A DNA stretch of 64,000 nt, taken from positions 7,566,151 through 7,630,150 of the forward strand of contig CM119264.1 in assembly GCA_051294375.1 (NCBI GenBank). The letters run 5' to 3'. The position numbers and the translations under genes are program-made. Every line of letters begins with the position of its first letter. Positions within the stretch are counted from its first letter, which is position 1. The notes below the pieces were generated by a model. That model made no database searches. It was given only the letters and a program-made list of their open reading frames with translations, and was not told where the DNA came from. The stretch comes from Paraspadella gotoi. Taxonomy: Eukaryota > Animalia > Chaetognatha. Positions 1-12,266 of the stretch are shown piece by piece.

Positions 1-689
1 TCTCATCTTTTTCATCAAAGGTCATAGGTCTTTCGTAATGTCGTAGTCCGAGTAAGAACTTGCCTCCTGCTCGTCGCTCTACATCGGTCGTCACCGGCGT
101 CGTGAGATGTTTCTCTGCCGACTCCCGCGCTCGATCGCGGCCGGGTAGAATCGCGATCCCATCTCGATTCCTCGGCGCCGGCCGAGTTGATTCGACGACG
201 GCGCGGACGCCGACGGGGATGGCGCCGATGAGAACGGCGCCAACAGCGGCACGCGCCATCTCTACCGGTCGAGGATGAAAATAAAAAATGGACACGGCGA
301 AGCTTGATAGTTTATAACAATTCGACCCGCAAGGTGAGAAAAAAATTAGATTGATTTATGATTTTGTATAGATTAGATTTCTCTATTTATAAAATTTACT
401 GATTTTTTATTTATTGATTATTGATTCTAGTGAAAATCTTGAGTTAGTGAATTATTAATTTGGATTGATTTGTTGAATCACTTGACTCTTAAAAATTTAT
501 TCAAAATTTATTTCATAAAAATCGTAGAGTTTTTGTTCTCCTATCTGTTTAAAGTAATAATAATGATATCTTTTGTTAAATCCTCTTCGTTTTGCCTCCC
601 CCTCCTCCTCCTCCTCCTCCTCCCCCCCCTTTTCGCCCTCCTCGTCTTTCTCAATCCCCACGCCTGCGACGGCTCGCCCTCTCCAGTAC

Positions 690-859
690 CTCACTACGTC
701 GCCGGGCGCCCCGCAACTCATCCCCGGCCGCCACCTCGCCAGAACCGCGTCCTTTTTCTTCCGTCTGGCGCCATCTTCATCCGTCACAGACCGCTTTGCG
801 CTGGGGATGGGTAGATCGTCGGGCGTGCCGAAGCCTGCTGTGGTGGCCGGGAAATGAAC
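690..859 (-). CDS. Putative internal exon of an unidentified minus-strand gene running off the window start; likely next exon starts at 261
   Basis: GC-rich 170-nt block bounded by TTCCCAG| and |GTACTG on the minus strand; one open frame VHFPATTAGFGTPDDLPIPSAKRSVTDEDGARRKKKDAVLARWRPGMSCGAPGDVV; no family recognised. Confidence 0.3.
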
Positions 860-1173
860 CTGGGAACGGTTGAATTTTTAGACATACTTCGGCTCGATAT
901 GGAATACAGGTGGGAAAGTAAGAGAGAGAGAGAGAGACGGAGAGACGAGAGAGAGAGAAGGAGAGAGAGAGACGAGAGAGGAGAGAGAGAGAGAGAAAGA
1001 AAGGTGCGAGAGAGAAGAGTGAGAACTGACGGTGAGAAACAATAATAGACGAGCTTCCTCTCCCAAAAATGTTTCGAAGGAATCACGGCGAGTTCAACGC
1101 CGGAAGAATACCATAAAAATATTGATTATTTGAAAGGAAGAGAGAGAAGAAAGAGAGAAAGAAGAAGAAAGAG

Positions 1174-1204
<31 letters not shown>

Positions 1205-1997
1205 AAATATACGACGCGAAGTATACGACCGCTGAAGGGTCATTTTTTATTTCTACGAATTTGAACTCTGACCGGACGCGAATAACTATTTTCAGTGATC
1301 ACCAATTCACCATAGATGGGATAACGATTCAAAATGGCGCTACTTAGATGGGATTATTTTAGATAGCAGCACGCCCCTGTCGGGAAAATAATCTCCTTAA
1401 TTAGCCGGAAATTGATGGTGATTCAAATTTGATATTTAGTTCATCCGATTCATCACAGGCAACCCGGCTATTTCCGATTTTTTTCACGTCATCCAGATTC
1501 AGAAGGTGGGCGCTTTTAAAAAGTTAACTGATTTCTGAAAGCCTCTTTATCGTCACCTTGATCCAAAAATATGCGTCTCTCCGAAAGTATTAAAGCGCGC
1601 GAGCGATAACGATTTAGGAGATTTATAAGCGGCGGGTCTCCGGAGAACGTGGACACGCGCTGTTAACCGCAGCGTGTCCGAAAGCGGTACGATCTCTTTC
1701 CCCCCCCTCCACTATGCCCCTTTCGCTCCCCGACTCGTAAAAAAAGGCGTCGACGAACGTGGAGATTTACCGCCTCCTCGCCAAAGTCATAACTTTGCGT
1801 TTTCACGAGTTTTTTCGGTTGACTCCTCGTTCTTCACTGCGTTTTTCTCACTCGGTCACGCCCATTTTCAAAATGGAACCAGAAAACTTTTTTTGATATT
1901 TCCGTTTCCATTGAGGACGGTTGAGCCTTTGTGAAAAGAATCTTTGGGACAGGTGGTGGGGGTTTTTTATCCTGGTTTTAATGTAATCGTTTTTTTT

Positions 1998-2755
1998 AGT
2001 CGGATCTGCTTACGGCAGATTCCGTCTCTATAATTCACTCTGTCGGTCCGTCGGTCCGCCCACCCAATCTTGTAGGTAAGTCAGTTAAATCATGTCAGAA
2101 CATCGAATTATGATAAATTATGGGAAAAAAATTGATGTCCGTCTGACCGTCCCCCCTTAGCTTTGAACGCCAATTACTCATGATTGTTTTGGTCGATTGA
2201 CTTGAAATTTTGTATGTGGTTAGGAAAGTATGTGATTAAGCCGGAAATCAAGTTTCGATGGAATCCTCCGAGTGGAAATGAGTTTAAAGGGAAAAACAAT
2301 TCACTAATTGATTTTGCTTCTTTTTCTTTTAATATTAAATGTAAATGCAAGATATATTATTTAATCAAATATTTAATTAGTTAACTAATCAATTAGTCAA
2401 TTAATTAAGCAATAATTAATTAATTATTCATTCAATTCATCAATCAATTAATTTCTCAATCAATTAATTTTTTTATCTGTAAAATAATTATTCAATCAAT
2501 CACTTTATTTATCAATTATTTAATTATTCACTCAATCTATCAATCAAGTAAGTCAATCAATTAATCGTTATCGGCGTTATTGTCGTCATCGCCAATCGCC
2601 ATCTTCCTCTTAGTTGCTTTTGTCGTGGTCAGTGACGAAAAGACTTAAAAACAAACATGTCAGATCGAATTAATTAAATTTTTAATTGACTAATTAATTA
2701 ATTAACTTAACCAGATCCGGCATTGTTAGCTCTACCACATTGACTGACCTGATAT
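1998..2755 (+). mobile_element. DINE-1/HINE-like non-autonomous element (Helentron-associated architecture); mirrored at about 13205-13985
   Basis: T-run, CGGATCTG (2001-2008) with nearby inverted copy CAGATTCCG (2016-2024), (GTCC/GTCG)n microsatellite, GATTGACTTGAAATTTTG core, 3' subterminal inverted copy CAGATCCG (2712-2719), then an imperfect stem-loop and a T-run. Confidence 0.5.
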
Positions 2756-2774
2756 TTTTCCCGAGAAACACAAT

Positions 2775-4045
2775 CTTTCCCGCCCTTCCCTCCACGACGA
2801 TCGCCCTTCTCCCACGTGATGATCGCCCTTCTCGCCACGACGATCGCCCTTTTCCCTCGCCACGACCAAAGATTCATTCATTCTTCGTCATCCACTATCT
2901 TCGCTTAGCTATGATTCGTGACGAGATTCGCCCTTCCCTCCTTCGATGATCTCCGCCCCCCTTCTTCTCCTACGTAACGTGACGGACGCCTCCCTTTCCC
3001 TCCACGACGATCTGCCCTTCTTCTTCCCACTTTGAACGAGTTATCGCCCTTCCCTCCACTTTGATACGATCACCCTTTCTCACCACTTGACGATATCGCC
3101 CCTTTCCCTACCACTTGAACTCGTGATTCACCCTTCTCCCACTTGTGTATCACGATCGTCGCCCTTCCCATCCACTTGATNNNNNNNNNNNNNNNNNNNN
3201 NNNNNCCGCAACAATCGCCTTTCCCTCCACGTACGATCGCCCTTCTCTACGTGAACGTCGCCCTTCCCTTCCACGACGATCGCCCTTCTTCCCACTGACG
3301 CATCACCCTTCCTGCCACGACCGATCACCCTTTTCCTCCGCATACAATCGCCTTTCCCTTCACGATGATCGCCCTTCCTACGTGACGTCGCCCTTCCCTC
3401 CACGACCGATTCACCCTTCTCCCACTTGACGATCACCCTTGCCTCCACGACAATCGCCCTTCTCCTATGTGGTACGATCGCCCTTCCCTCCACGACAATC
3501 GCCCTTTTCCCCCGCAACCACAACTGCCCCATTCCCTCCACAATCCAGATCGCCCTTTCCCTCCTCGATTGATCGCCCTTTCTCACTACGTGACGATCGC
3601 CTTCTCCTACGTGATCGATCGCCCTTCTCCTACGGACGATCGCCCTTCCCTCCACGACGAACGATCGCCCTTCCTCCCACTTGACGATCGCCCTTCTCCT
3701 ACGTGACGATCCCCCTTCTCTCCACGACAACTTGCCCTTTTCCCCCGCAAACAACTGCTCCTTTCCCTCCACAACGATCGCCTATCCCCCACCGTGAGAT
3801 CGCCTTCCCTCCCGAGATCGCCCTCTCCCACTTGGACGATTCGCCCTTCCCTCCACTTCGACGATTTCCCCACTTGACGATCGCCCTTCCCTCCACTTCG
3901 ACATCGCCCTTCTCCCATTTGATGATCGCCCTTCTCCCACTTGACGTGTCGGCCTTCTCCCATTTGACGATCGACGGTGGTCTCTTCCCAACTCTCTCTC
4001 TTTTTGACGATCGCCCTTCTCCCACTTGACGATCGACGATGGTCT
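2775..4045. repeat. Degenerate ~20-22 bp minisatellite (CGATCGCCCTTCTCCCACTTGA / CGATCGCCCTTCCCTCCACGA); inverted copy at about 12450-13180
   Basis: Dozens of GATCGCCCTT cores at ~20-bp spacing; contains a 25-N gap at 3181-3205. Confidence 0.9.
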
Positions 4046-4517
4046 TTCCCCATTTTCCCTTCGCTCGATTTATTCGCGTCAAAACAACTTTCGGTTTCCG
4101 CTTTTCACTTTACGTCGTCGTAATGATTTTCTGGCGCAGATTTTTTTTTTTTAATCGTGAAATAAATCTCTTTTTCTCACTCATTTTCGCTTTCGCTCTG
4201 TTTCTCTCTCTCTCTCTCTGTTTCTCTCTCTGTTTCTCTCTCTCTCTCTCTCTCTCTGTTTCTCTCTCTTTCTCTCCCTCCATTCCTTTCTCTCTCTCTC
4301 CAATCTCGTACCAAAATTTGGATATTTATTTTGTTTTCACTTTTGTTTTCCTTTTCCTTTATTTTCTTCTTTTATCCATGTAATTGCTTTTTTTTACACT
4401 TCCTTTTTTTCCCTTTTCTTCTTTTTTCGCTTTTTTTCTGTCTCCCTGGCGGTAAATCGTGTAAATATTTACCCCTTCACGTTTTTAGCTCACATGATTT
4501 AACTCTTTCTATCCAAA

Positions 4518-4603
<86 letters not shown>

Positions 4604-4673
4604 AGGATTTTCACGCGCAAGACACCTACGCACTATTCTACTTTCCTCTCAAACTCTATGATTAGGATGTCTA

Positions 4674-4706
<33 letters not shown>

Positions 4707-4861
4707 GCTTGTTGTATGATGACGAAAATCCTTCAGGGTACATCTAGACTAATGCTTCATATTGCCTCATACTTTCCTCAGATCTCAAGGATTTCTTGCG
4801 CTGTCGGAAGGAGCCTTTAGGACAACAAGTAGTTGTCTCTTGCTTTCATCCTTCTGGGTAT

Positions 4862-5000
4862 ATTTCACAATCCACATTCCACATTACACAAAGTTCACAT
4901 TTCCACAATCCACATTACACAATTTCCACAAACCACATTCAACATTGCACAAAGTTCACAATTCCACAATCCACGTTACACAATTTCGCAATCCACATTT
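4862..5000. repeat. Degenerate CACAAT(T/C)C short-unit tandem repeat; mirrored at 11488-11625
   Basis: Repeated TTCACAATTCCACAATCCACATT units. Confidence 0.7.
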
Positions 5001-5189
5001 CTTAGTAAAAGCGAAAATCACGGCTTTTGCTTTAGAGATTGATGGTGAGTTCCAATGTCTTCCTCGGTGAGCACTCCTCTTTCTTGACTCTCTCTTTTTT
5101 CTTTCNNNNNNNNNNNNNNNNNNNNNNNNNGGAGCGGAGATGGATGGAGATATCTTCTCTGGCTCTCTACTCTAATCTGCTCTTTCAGT

Positions 5190-6620
5190 AATTTAACAGG
5201 TCACATGGCGCCGGTTTAACTTGGCTTCATAAAACCAGTCTCCGCGTGCTCGTCTCACGCGGCGATGTGACCTATTCTCATTCCTCCTCTCTCTCTCTCT
5301 CCTCTCTCATCTTCTATCTCTCCAGTCTCGATTCATTATCTTCTCCTTCTTACATCATCTCGTCACTCCTCCGATTCTCGTTTCTTCGTTCTCTGCATCC
5401 TCTATTATATATACTCACACTCTCTTCCTCTTCTCAGAGAAACTGATCCACTAATCATCACACCTTCCACCAAATCATTTTTTTGTATATGTACCCTCTT
5501 CGTTTCTACGGTCGAAGTGCCTTATCCACACCCCGTTATGATTAATCTACTCCACTAGAAGCACCAGTGTGAGAAAGTGAGCGGTCATTACACTTCGCCG
5601 TATGCTTATTTCAGTCTCGAGCTCTGCGCGCGTGTCGGCTGCGGAGTAGGCAGACTCCTCGATTATCTGATTTTATTACCAGGCATCTGGCTGCTTCTTC
5701 CTAAGGCGAACGACGGCGACAAGCTCGGAAGCGCTGAAGCTGCGTCGCTTTTTTGTCTGCCGCTTCATCGTCGACGATCGGTGGCCGACGGTGCTGGAAA
5801 AGCGGACACTTTACGGTCTCTGTCGATATCCTGCAACTGCCAATCCTCCCTGCACGATCCTCACGCCGGGCGACGAAGGAGTTCGCCGGACGACGCTCCG
5901 TGTCCCTGGTGTCGCCGCGCCTTCCGATTTTTTCTGTTTTCCAGAATTCCATTTCCACTTGAGCTCTTCTTTTAGCGCTTATCGAAAAGGTGCGCTTTCG
6001 ATGTCGATCTGTTCTAAGTGCCGCTCTCTGACAAGATGAAATGGAACGACTTGCGTTTGTTTTACTGTAGGTTTGTTATTGTCGGTGGGAAGCGAAGACG
6101 GCCGCGTGGCATTAAATCTCTTGGCTCGGCACCACTGAGATCATCCTTCCACATCCGGTGCGGATAGCTGCCTCGCAAGAAGAGGCTCGACCGCCGCTAA
6201 AACGAGGAGGCGTAACGAAGAAATTCGTGGAGCAACGGATCGTACGCCGTTCGGCCGGCGGCGTCGTCTCTTCCAGCCGACAATATATACCGGCAGTCCG
6301 TCGATCGTGTTAACTCTCCGATATTCGTCCCCTCCTTATCCAGAAGCTGTAAATCACAAAATCCAATCAAGAGCTCATCGAAAGAAGATTCTTTGAGTCG
6401 AGAGTTCGACGAATCCTGTCCGTCTACGTCGCTTGTCGTACCTCCAGACGTATTTTGCAATGTTTAGGTGCGATCCGGATTTAATCGCAAAGGCTTTTTT
6501 CTCACTAAGAACTAAATAGTTTGCGTATAATTATGTGATGATATCTCATTAGCCCGGTCGGCCCATATGTCCTTTAAAAGCTAGAATAACGGTATTTCAG
6601 AAAAATATAATGAAATTTTT
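5190..6620 (-). repeat. Very noisy inverted copy of 15300-16285 (HGSNAT exons 15503-15672 and 15764-16114)
   Basis: For example 5925-5980 is the reverse complement of 15803-15855; heavy indel load; starts just after a 25-N gap. Confidence 0.85.
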
Positions 6621-7759
6621 CTTTCAACCAATATTATAGACGAGACGTAGAACACGCAATTCCTAAAGGTGTAAACGCTAAAGTGTTTAATATATAAAAA
6701 TCTCTATAGAAGGGGAGGACAGAACAAATTATTTGAAACTTATCAACATTTATGTATTACATTTTTTTTTCCCTTTCTCTAGAAAAAGATTAGAAAAATG
6801 ATAAAAGATGTAGTTTTACTCGATCGCAGAGTTGTACGCGCATGTTAAGTGTGGCCATATCTTTTTTTTTGAGATAGTGAATTACGCCTAAAAGGGGTCA
6901 AGGACCGATAAAGCGCAAGAGCATGTAAATATTATCTCACCAAACATCTTTTTTTTCCTTAGAGAGATAATATTCTCTTCTCTTGGTCCATGTACTCTTC
7001 GGATCTTCGTCTACTTCAAAATTACAATCAGTTGATTAAAAAGCAAATAATAAACTCTTTTTGCAAAAATTTCTCTATCTCATTAAGTGAGGTTCCAATA
7101 AATTAGTAAAAAGGTCATCCTATTCTCACTCTCTGCAATTCTTTAACTTCGAAATTTAACTTCTTTTTACATTTATTACACTAGTACTAGTTTTTTCTTC
7201 AACTTTTCTAACCTCACTTTAAATTCGAAAGAATTATTTAAACATCAATTATATCTCTCTCTCTCTCTCTCTCTCTTTCACTCTCTGTCTCAATTAATTT
7301 TCTTTTATAACTTTTTTGACGAGGATTCAAATCTGAATCAAAATTAAAAAAAGCCTATTTTGAAATTTTTCAGATTTTAATAAGGATAGTTACATATATA
7401 TAAATATAGCCTACTGCGAAAATAAACATAAAATTACATTTTTTTTACAATTAATGTTCACTGATGGTATGTTGTTCAAAATTGACTTTGTAGAATTTTT
7501 GTTTATGTACTTCACTACGCTTATGTCAACGATATACTTGATTTGCATCTGTCTCAATAACTTACAAATTACCACTAGTTTGTTTTGCACTTTACAATGT
7601 TTATTTAACAATAGTTTAATCTTAGTTTATAAAATAAATTTTATCAAAAAAGAGACGAAACCGCCTAGTGCCGCAAAACGAATTATTTTCGCCTTTGCTC
7701 AGTCAAGAGCCGAGTTTTCGTTCCGGCGCCGGATTTAAAAACCGATTTTTTTTATCCTT

Positions 7760-7945
7760 TGAAGCCATCTAGGCGTCGTTCTTAATCTTGATATCGCATC
7801 AAAGCCGATCTTTTTAGCCTTGATGCAAGTCGGACCGTTTGTAGCCTTGATTCCATCACGGCGCCGTTCTTAGCCTTGTGCCATCTAGGCTTTTGTTTCT
7901 TTAAAATCTCGATGCCGTCAGCGACGCAACGTTCTTAGCCTACAT
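7760..7945 (-). repeat. ~27-bp degenerate tandem repeat (minus strand GATGGCATCAAGGCTAAGAACGGCNNN); second copy 10108-10295
   Basis: About six units of TTCTTAGCCTTGATGCCATC-like sequence on the plus strand. Confidence 0.7.
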
Positions 7946-8178
7946 GCCCTCACGGCGACGCCGTAAAACAAGAAATTCCAATGCTGCGCCCGCTCGCCAA
8001 GATCTAGATTCCATGATTGCGACGGAACCGCATAACCCGAGCTTATCGATTCATATTTCAGACGTCAACCAATAACGAAGCCTATTTGTGACGCCTGGAG
8101 GGGCTGAAAGGGAGAAGCAAATGCAAGAGGGGGAGGTTGAGAGAGAAGAGAGAGAGAGAGGAGAGAGAGAGAGAGGAC

Positions 8179-8231
<53 letters not shown>

Positions 8232-9659
8232 GCGAGATCTTTGGCTCCGAAAATCTCTCTCTGCCCTATCACACGACCTCCATGATAATGGTTTTTAGGG
8301 ATTTCTTTTCAAGAAAAAAAGGGGGAGAAGCGGATTCCGGATTATGTTAGGAAAAGGCAGGGGGGGGAAAAGGGGATGGGAGGGGGCGAGGTGAGCGTCG
8401 ACGCCCAAGGGGGGGTGTTTTTTCGTGAGGCGAAGGGAGGGGTAAGTGATGTGCGAGTGGGAAACGAGGGAAGATCGATTTGGGAAAAGAGGTCAAGGAT
8501 TTAGAAGAAACCATTGGCTGGAGGCGAAGAAGGGATTACGAAGAAGGATGGAGATTTTTTCTATTTGACGGCGAGTTCGTTTCTAGTTTATATTAATTAT
8601 ATTAACATAAATAGAACTTAAATATATATTTGTTAATAGAATCCAATATTTTTTGACAAAATCGTTTACTTTTTGTTGCGAAGTTCTGGCCAAGGTAAAC
8701 CGCGATTCGGCAAAGGCCATTTTACCTTTCAATTTGTAGCTAATAAAAAAAGGTCATTGTTTACACACGTACAAAGGCTGAAATAGGGTATAGAAGAAAA
8801 GAAGTGTAAAAAATAATAAATATTATTTAGTCGACGTGTTCTCGGACATGATCGTATTGTTCTTCTTCAAGAAGGCAAACATAACAAGTAAATATATATA
8901 TTCATATATATTAGAGATTTATTCAATACTTATCAAACGAGAGGAATAATAAATTATTTAGAGTATTATAATTTTATCATTGGTTGTACCAATTTCATAT
9001 ACATATTATGTAACCTGCGACTTAAACCCAGCAGGCTTTGGTAGGAATAGTAAAAGAAACATAAAATCTACGGAATAGTAAGAGAAGATTATGGGATAAA
9101 ACAGAAAAATAAGAAAAGCTTCAAGGATAAAAAAACGCGATTTAATCCGGCGCCGAACGAAACTCGGCTTTGACTGAGCAAAGGCGAAAATAATTCGTTT
9201 TGCGGCCACTAGACGGTTCCGTCTTTTGATAAAATTTATTTTATAAACTTAAGATTAAANNNNNNNNNNNNNNNNNNNNNNNNNAAGGCGTAGTAAAAAT
9301 TCCTAAGTTTAACTTTAATTAAAATTCTAAAAGTGAGGAACGAACAACATTATACTTATGAACATTTATGTATAAAAAAAATTTATAATAAATTTTACAA
9401 TTTACACAGTAGGCCATATTTATACTAGTACTAAACCAATAAATGTTAAAATTTCAAAACATTTTTTCTAAGATTTTTTTGCAGATTTGGATTCGTCATA
9501 AAAAGTTGATAAAAAGGAAAATATAACTCTTTTGAAAAATTTCTTCATTAAGTGGGTCAAAAATTAGAAAAAGCTATATTTTAAACTGAAATTTAACTTT
9601 TATTTATTAAATATAGTTTTTTTAATTTTTACCTACTTAATGAAAGAATTTTTAAAAAT

Positions 9660-10513
9660 GAATTATATTTTCTTTTATCAACTTTTGACGAGAATTCAAA
9701 TCTGCAATCAAAATTAAAAAAAGCCTATTTTAAATTTTTCGATTTTATAAGGATAGTACTATATATAATATAGCCTACTGCGAAAATTAAAAAACATAAA
9801 ATTATTTTTTTACAAATTAATGTTCACTGATGGTATGGTTGTTCAAAATTGACTTTTAGAATTTTTGTATGTTAACTTTCACTACGCCTTATTCAACAAT
9901 TATACTTGCATCTGTCTCATAACTTACAATTACCACTATTTGTTGTTTGACTTTACAATGTTTTATTAACAATAGTTTAATCTTAAGTTTATAAAATAAA
10001 TTTTATCAAAAGACGAAACCGCCTAGTGGCCGCAAAACGAATATTTTCGCCTTTGCTCAATCAAAGCCGAGTTTCGTTCGGGCGCCGGATTTAAATCCGT
10101 TTTTTTATCCTTGAAGCCATCTAGGCGTTCCGTTCTTAATCTTGATGCCAATCAAAGCCGATTTTTAGCCTTGATGCCAAGTCGGCACCGTTTGTAGCTA
10201 TGATTCCATCACGGCCGTTCTTAGCCTTGTTGCCATCTAGGCTTTGTTACTTAATCTCGATGCCGTCACGACCGGCACCGTTCTTAGCCTACAGCCCTCA
10301 CGGCGACGCCGTAAAACAAGGAATCCAATGCTGCGCCGCTCAAGATCTTAGATTCCATTGCGAACGCGACCGATAACCGGCTTTTCGATTCATTTTCAGA
10401 CTCAACCAATACGAAGCCTATTTGTGACGGCCGGAGGGGCTGAAAGGAGAAGCCAAATGCAAGAGGGGGAGGTTTGAAGAGAGAGAGAGAGAGAGAGAGT
10501 AGAGAGAGAAGAG

Positions 10514-10553
<40 letters not shown>

Positions 10554-11385
10554 AGAGGAGAGAGAGAGATGGGCGAGATCTTTGGCCTCGAAAATCTCTC
10601 TCTGGCCCTATCCACGACCCCATGATAATGGTTTTTAGGGGATATTTTTTCAAAAAAATAAAGGGGGAGAAGCGGATTCCGGATTATCTAGAGAAAGAGG
10701 GCAGGGGGGAAAAAGGGGATGGAGGGGGCGAGGTTGAGCGTCGACGCCCAGGGGGGTTTTTTCGTGAGGCGAAGGGAGGTAGAAGTGATGTGCGAGTGGA
10801 AACGAGGGAAGATCGATTTTGGGAAAAAGAGGTCTAAGGATTTAGAAGAACCATTGGCTGGAGGCGAAGAAGGGATTACGAAGAAGGATGGAGATTTTTC
10901 TATTTGACGGCGAGTCGTTTCTAGTTTTATATTTAATTATATACGTAAATAGACTTAAATATAATATTTGTTAATAGAATACAATATTTTGTTACAAAAA
11001 TCGTTACTTTTTGTTGCGAGTCTGGAAGAACCGCGATCGCAAAGGCCATTTTACTTTCAATTGTAGCTAATAAAAAAAGTCATTGTTTACAACGTACAAA
11101 GGCTGGAATATTAGGAAAAAATGTAAAAAAATTACAATATATTATCGAACGTTTCTTCGACATGATCTATTTTTCTTCTTCAAGAAGGCAAACAAAATAT
11201 ATTATATTTATTATATATTTATATATATAATGTATTATAATTTTTACATTGGTTGTACCAATTTAATATACATATTATGTAACCTCGACTTAAACCCAGA
11301 GGCTTTGGTAGGAAAGTAAAAGAAAACATAAATCTACGGAAAAGTAGAGGAAAGAATTATGGATAAAAAGAAAAATAAGAAAGAA
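9660..11385 (+). repeat. Direct copy of about 7290-9120; 9118-9530 are short inverted pieces of 7300-7765
   Basis: Colinear sequence differing mainly by 1-nt indels, on either side of the 25-N gap at 9260-9284. Confidence 0.9.
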
Positions 11386-11880
11386 AGAAAAAGAGAGAGT
11401 CAAGAAAGAGGAGTGCTCACCAGGAAGACATTGGAACTCACCATCAATCTCTAAAAGCAAAAGCCGTGATTTTCGCTTTTACTAAGGAATGTGGATGCGA
11501 AATTGTGTAACGTGGATTGTGGAATTGTGAACTTTGTGCAATGTTGAATGTGGTTTTGGAAATTATGTAATGTGGATTGTGGAAATGTGAACTTTGTGTG
11601 TAAGTGGAATGTGGATTGTGAAATATAACACCAGAAGGGATGAAAGCAAGAGACAACTACTTGTTGTCCTAAAGGTCCTTCCGACAGCGCAAGAAATCCT
11701 TGAGATCTGAGGAAAGATGAGGCAATATGAAGCATTAGTCTGATGTACCCTGAAGGATTTTCGTCATCATACAACAACGCGAGGGCGACGACGACGACGA
11801 CGACGGTAGACATCCTAATCATTAAGAGTTTGAGAGGAAGTAGAATAGTGCGTAGGTGTCTTGCGCGTGAAAATCCTGAA

Positions 11881-11958
<78 letters not shown>

Positions 11959-12235
11959 TTTTGATAGAAAAAGTTAAATCATGTGAGCTAAAAACGTGAA
12001 GGGTAAATATTTAACCGATTTACCGCCAGGAGACAGAAAAAAAGCGAAAAAGAAGAAAAGGGAAAAAAGGAAGTGTAAAAAAAAGCAATTACATGGATAA
12101 AGAAGAAAATAAAGGAAAAGGAAAACAAAGTGAAAACAAAATAAATATCCAAATTTTGGTACGAGATTGGAGAGAGAGAGAAAGGAATGGAGGGAGAGAA
12201 GAAGAGAGAAACAGAGAGAGAGAAGAGAGAGAGAG

Positions 12236-12266
<31 letters not shown>

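Noticed and set aside
2775-4045. CRISPR-like array (constant core plus variable part)
   Set aside because: Linkers are about 10 bp and reused, not unique spacers; no cas genes; eukaryotic context. It is a minisatellite, and its many overlapping ORFs are by-products.
5577-6460. Second HGSNAT copy or pseudogene on the minus strand
   Set aside because: Includes intron and flanking sequence, is indel-ridden and starts at a 25-N gap; best explained as raw long-read sequence of the same locus.
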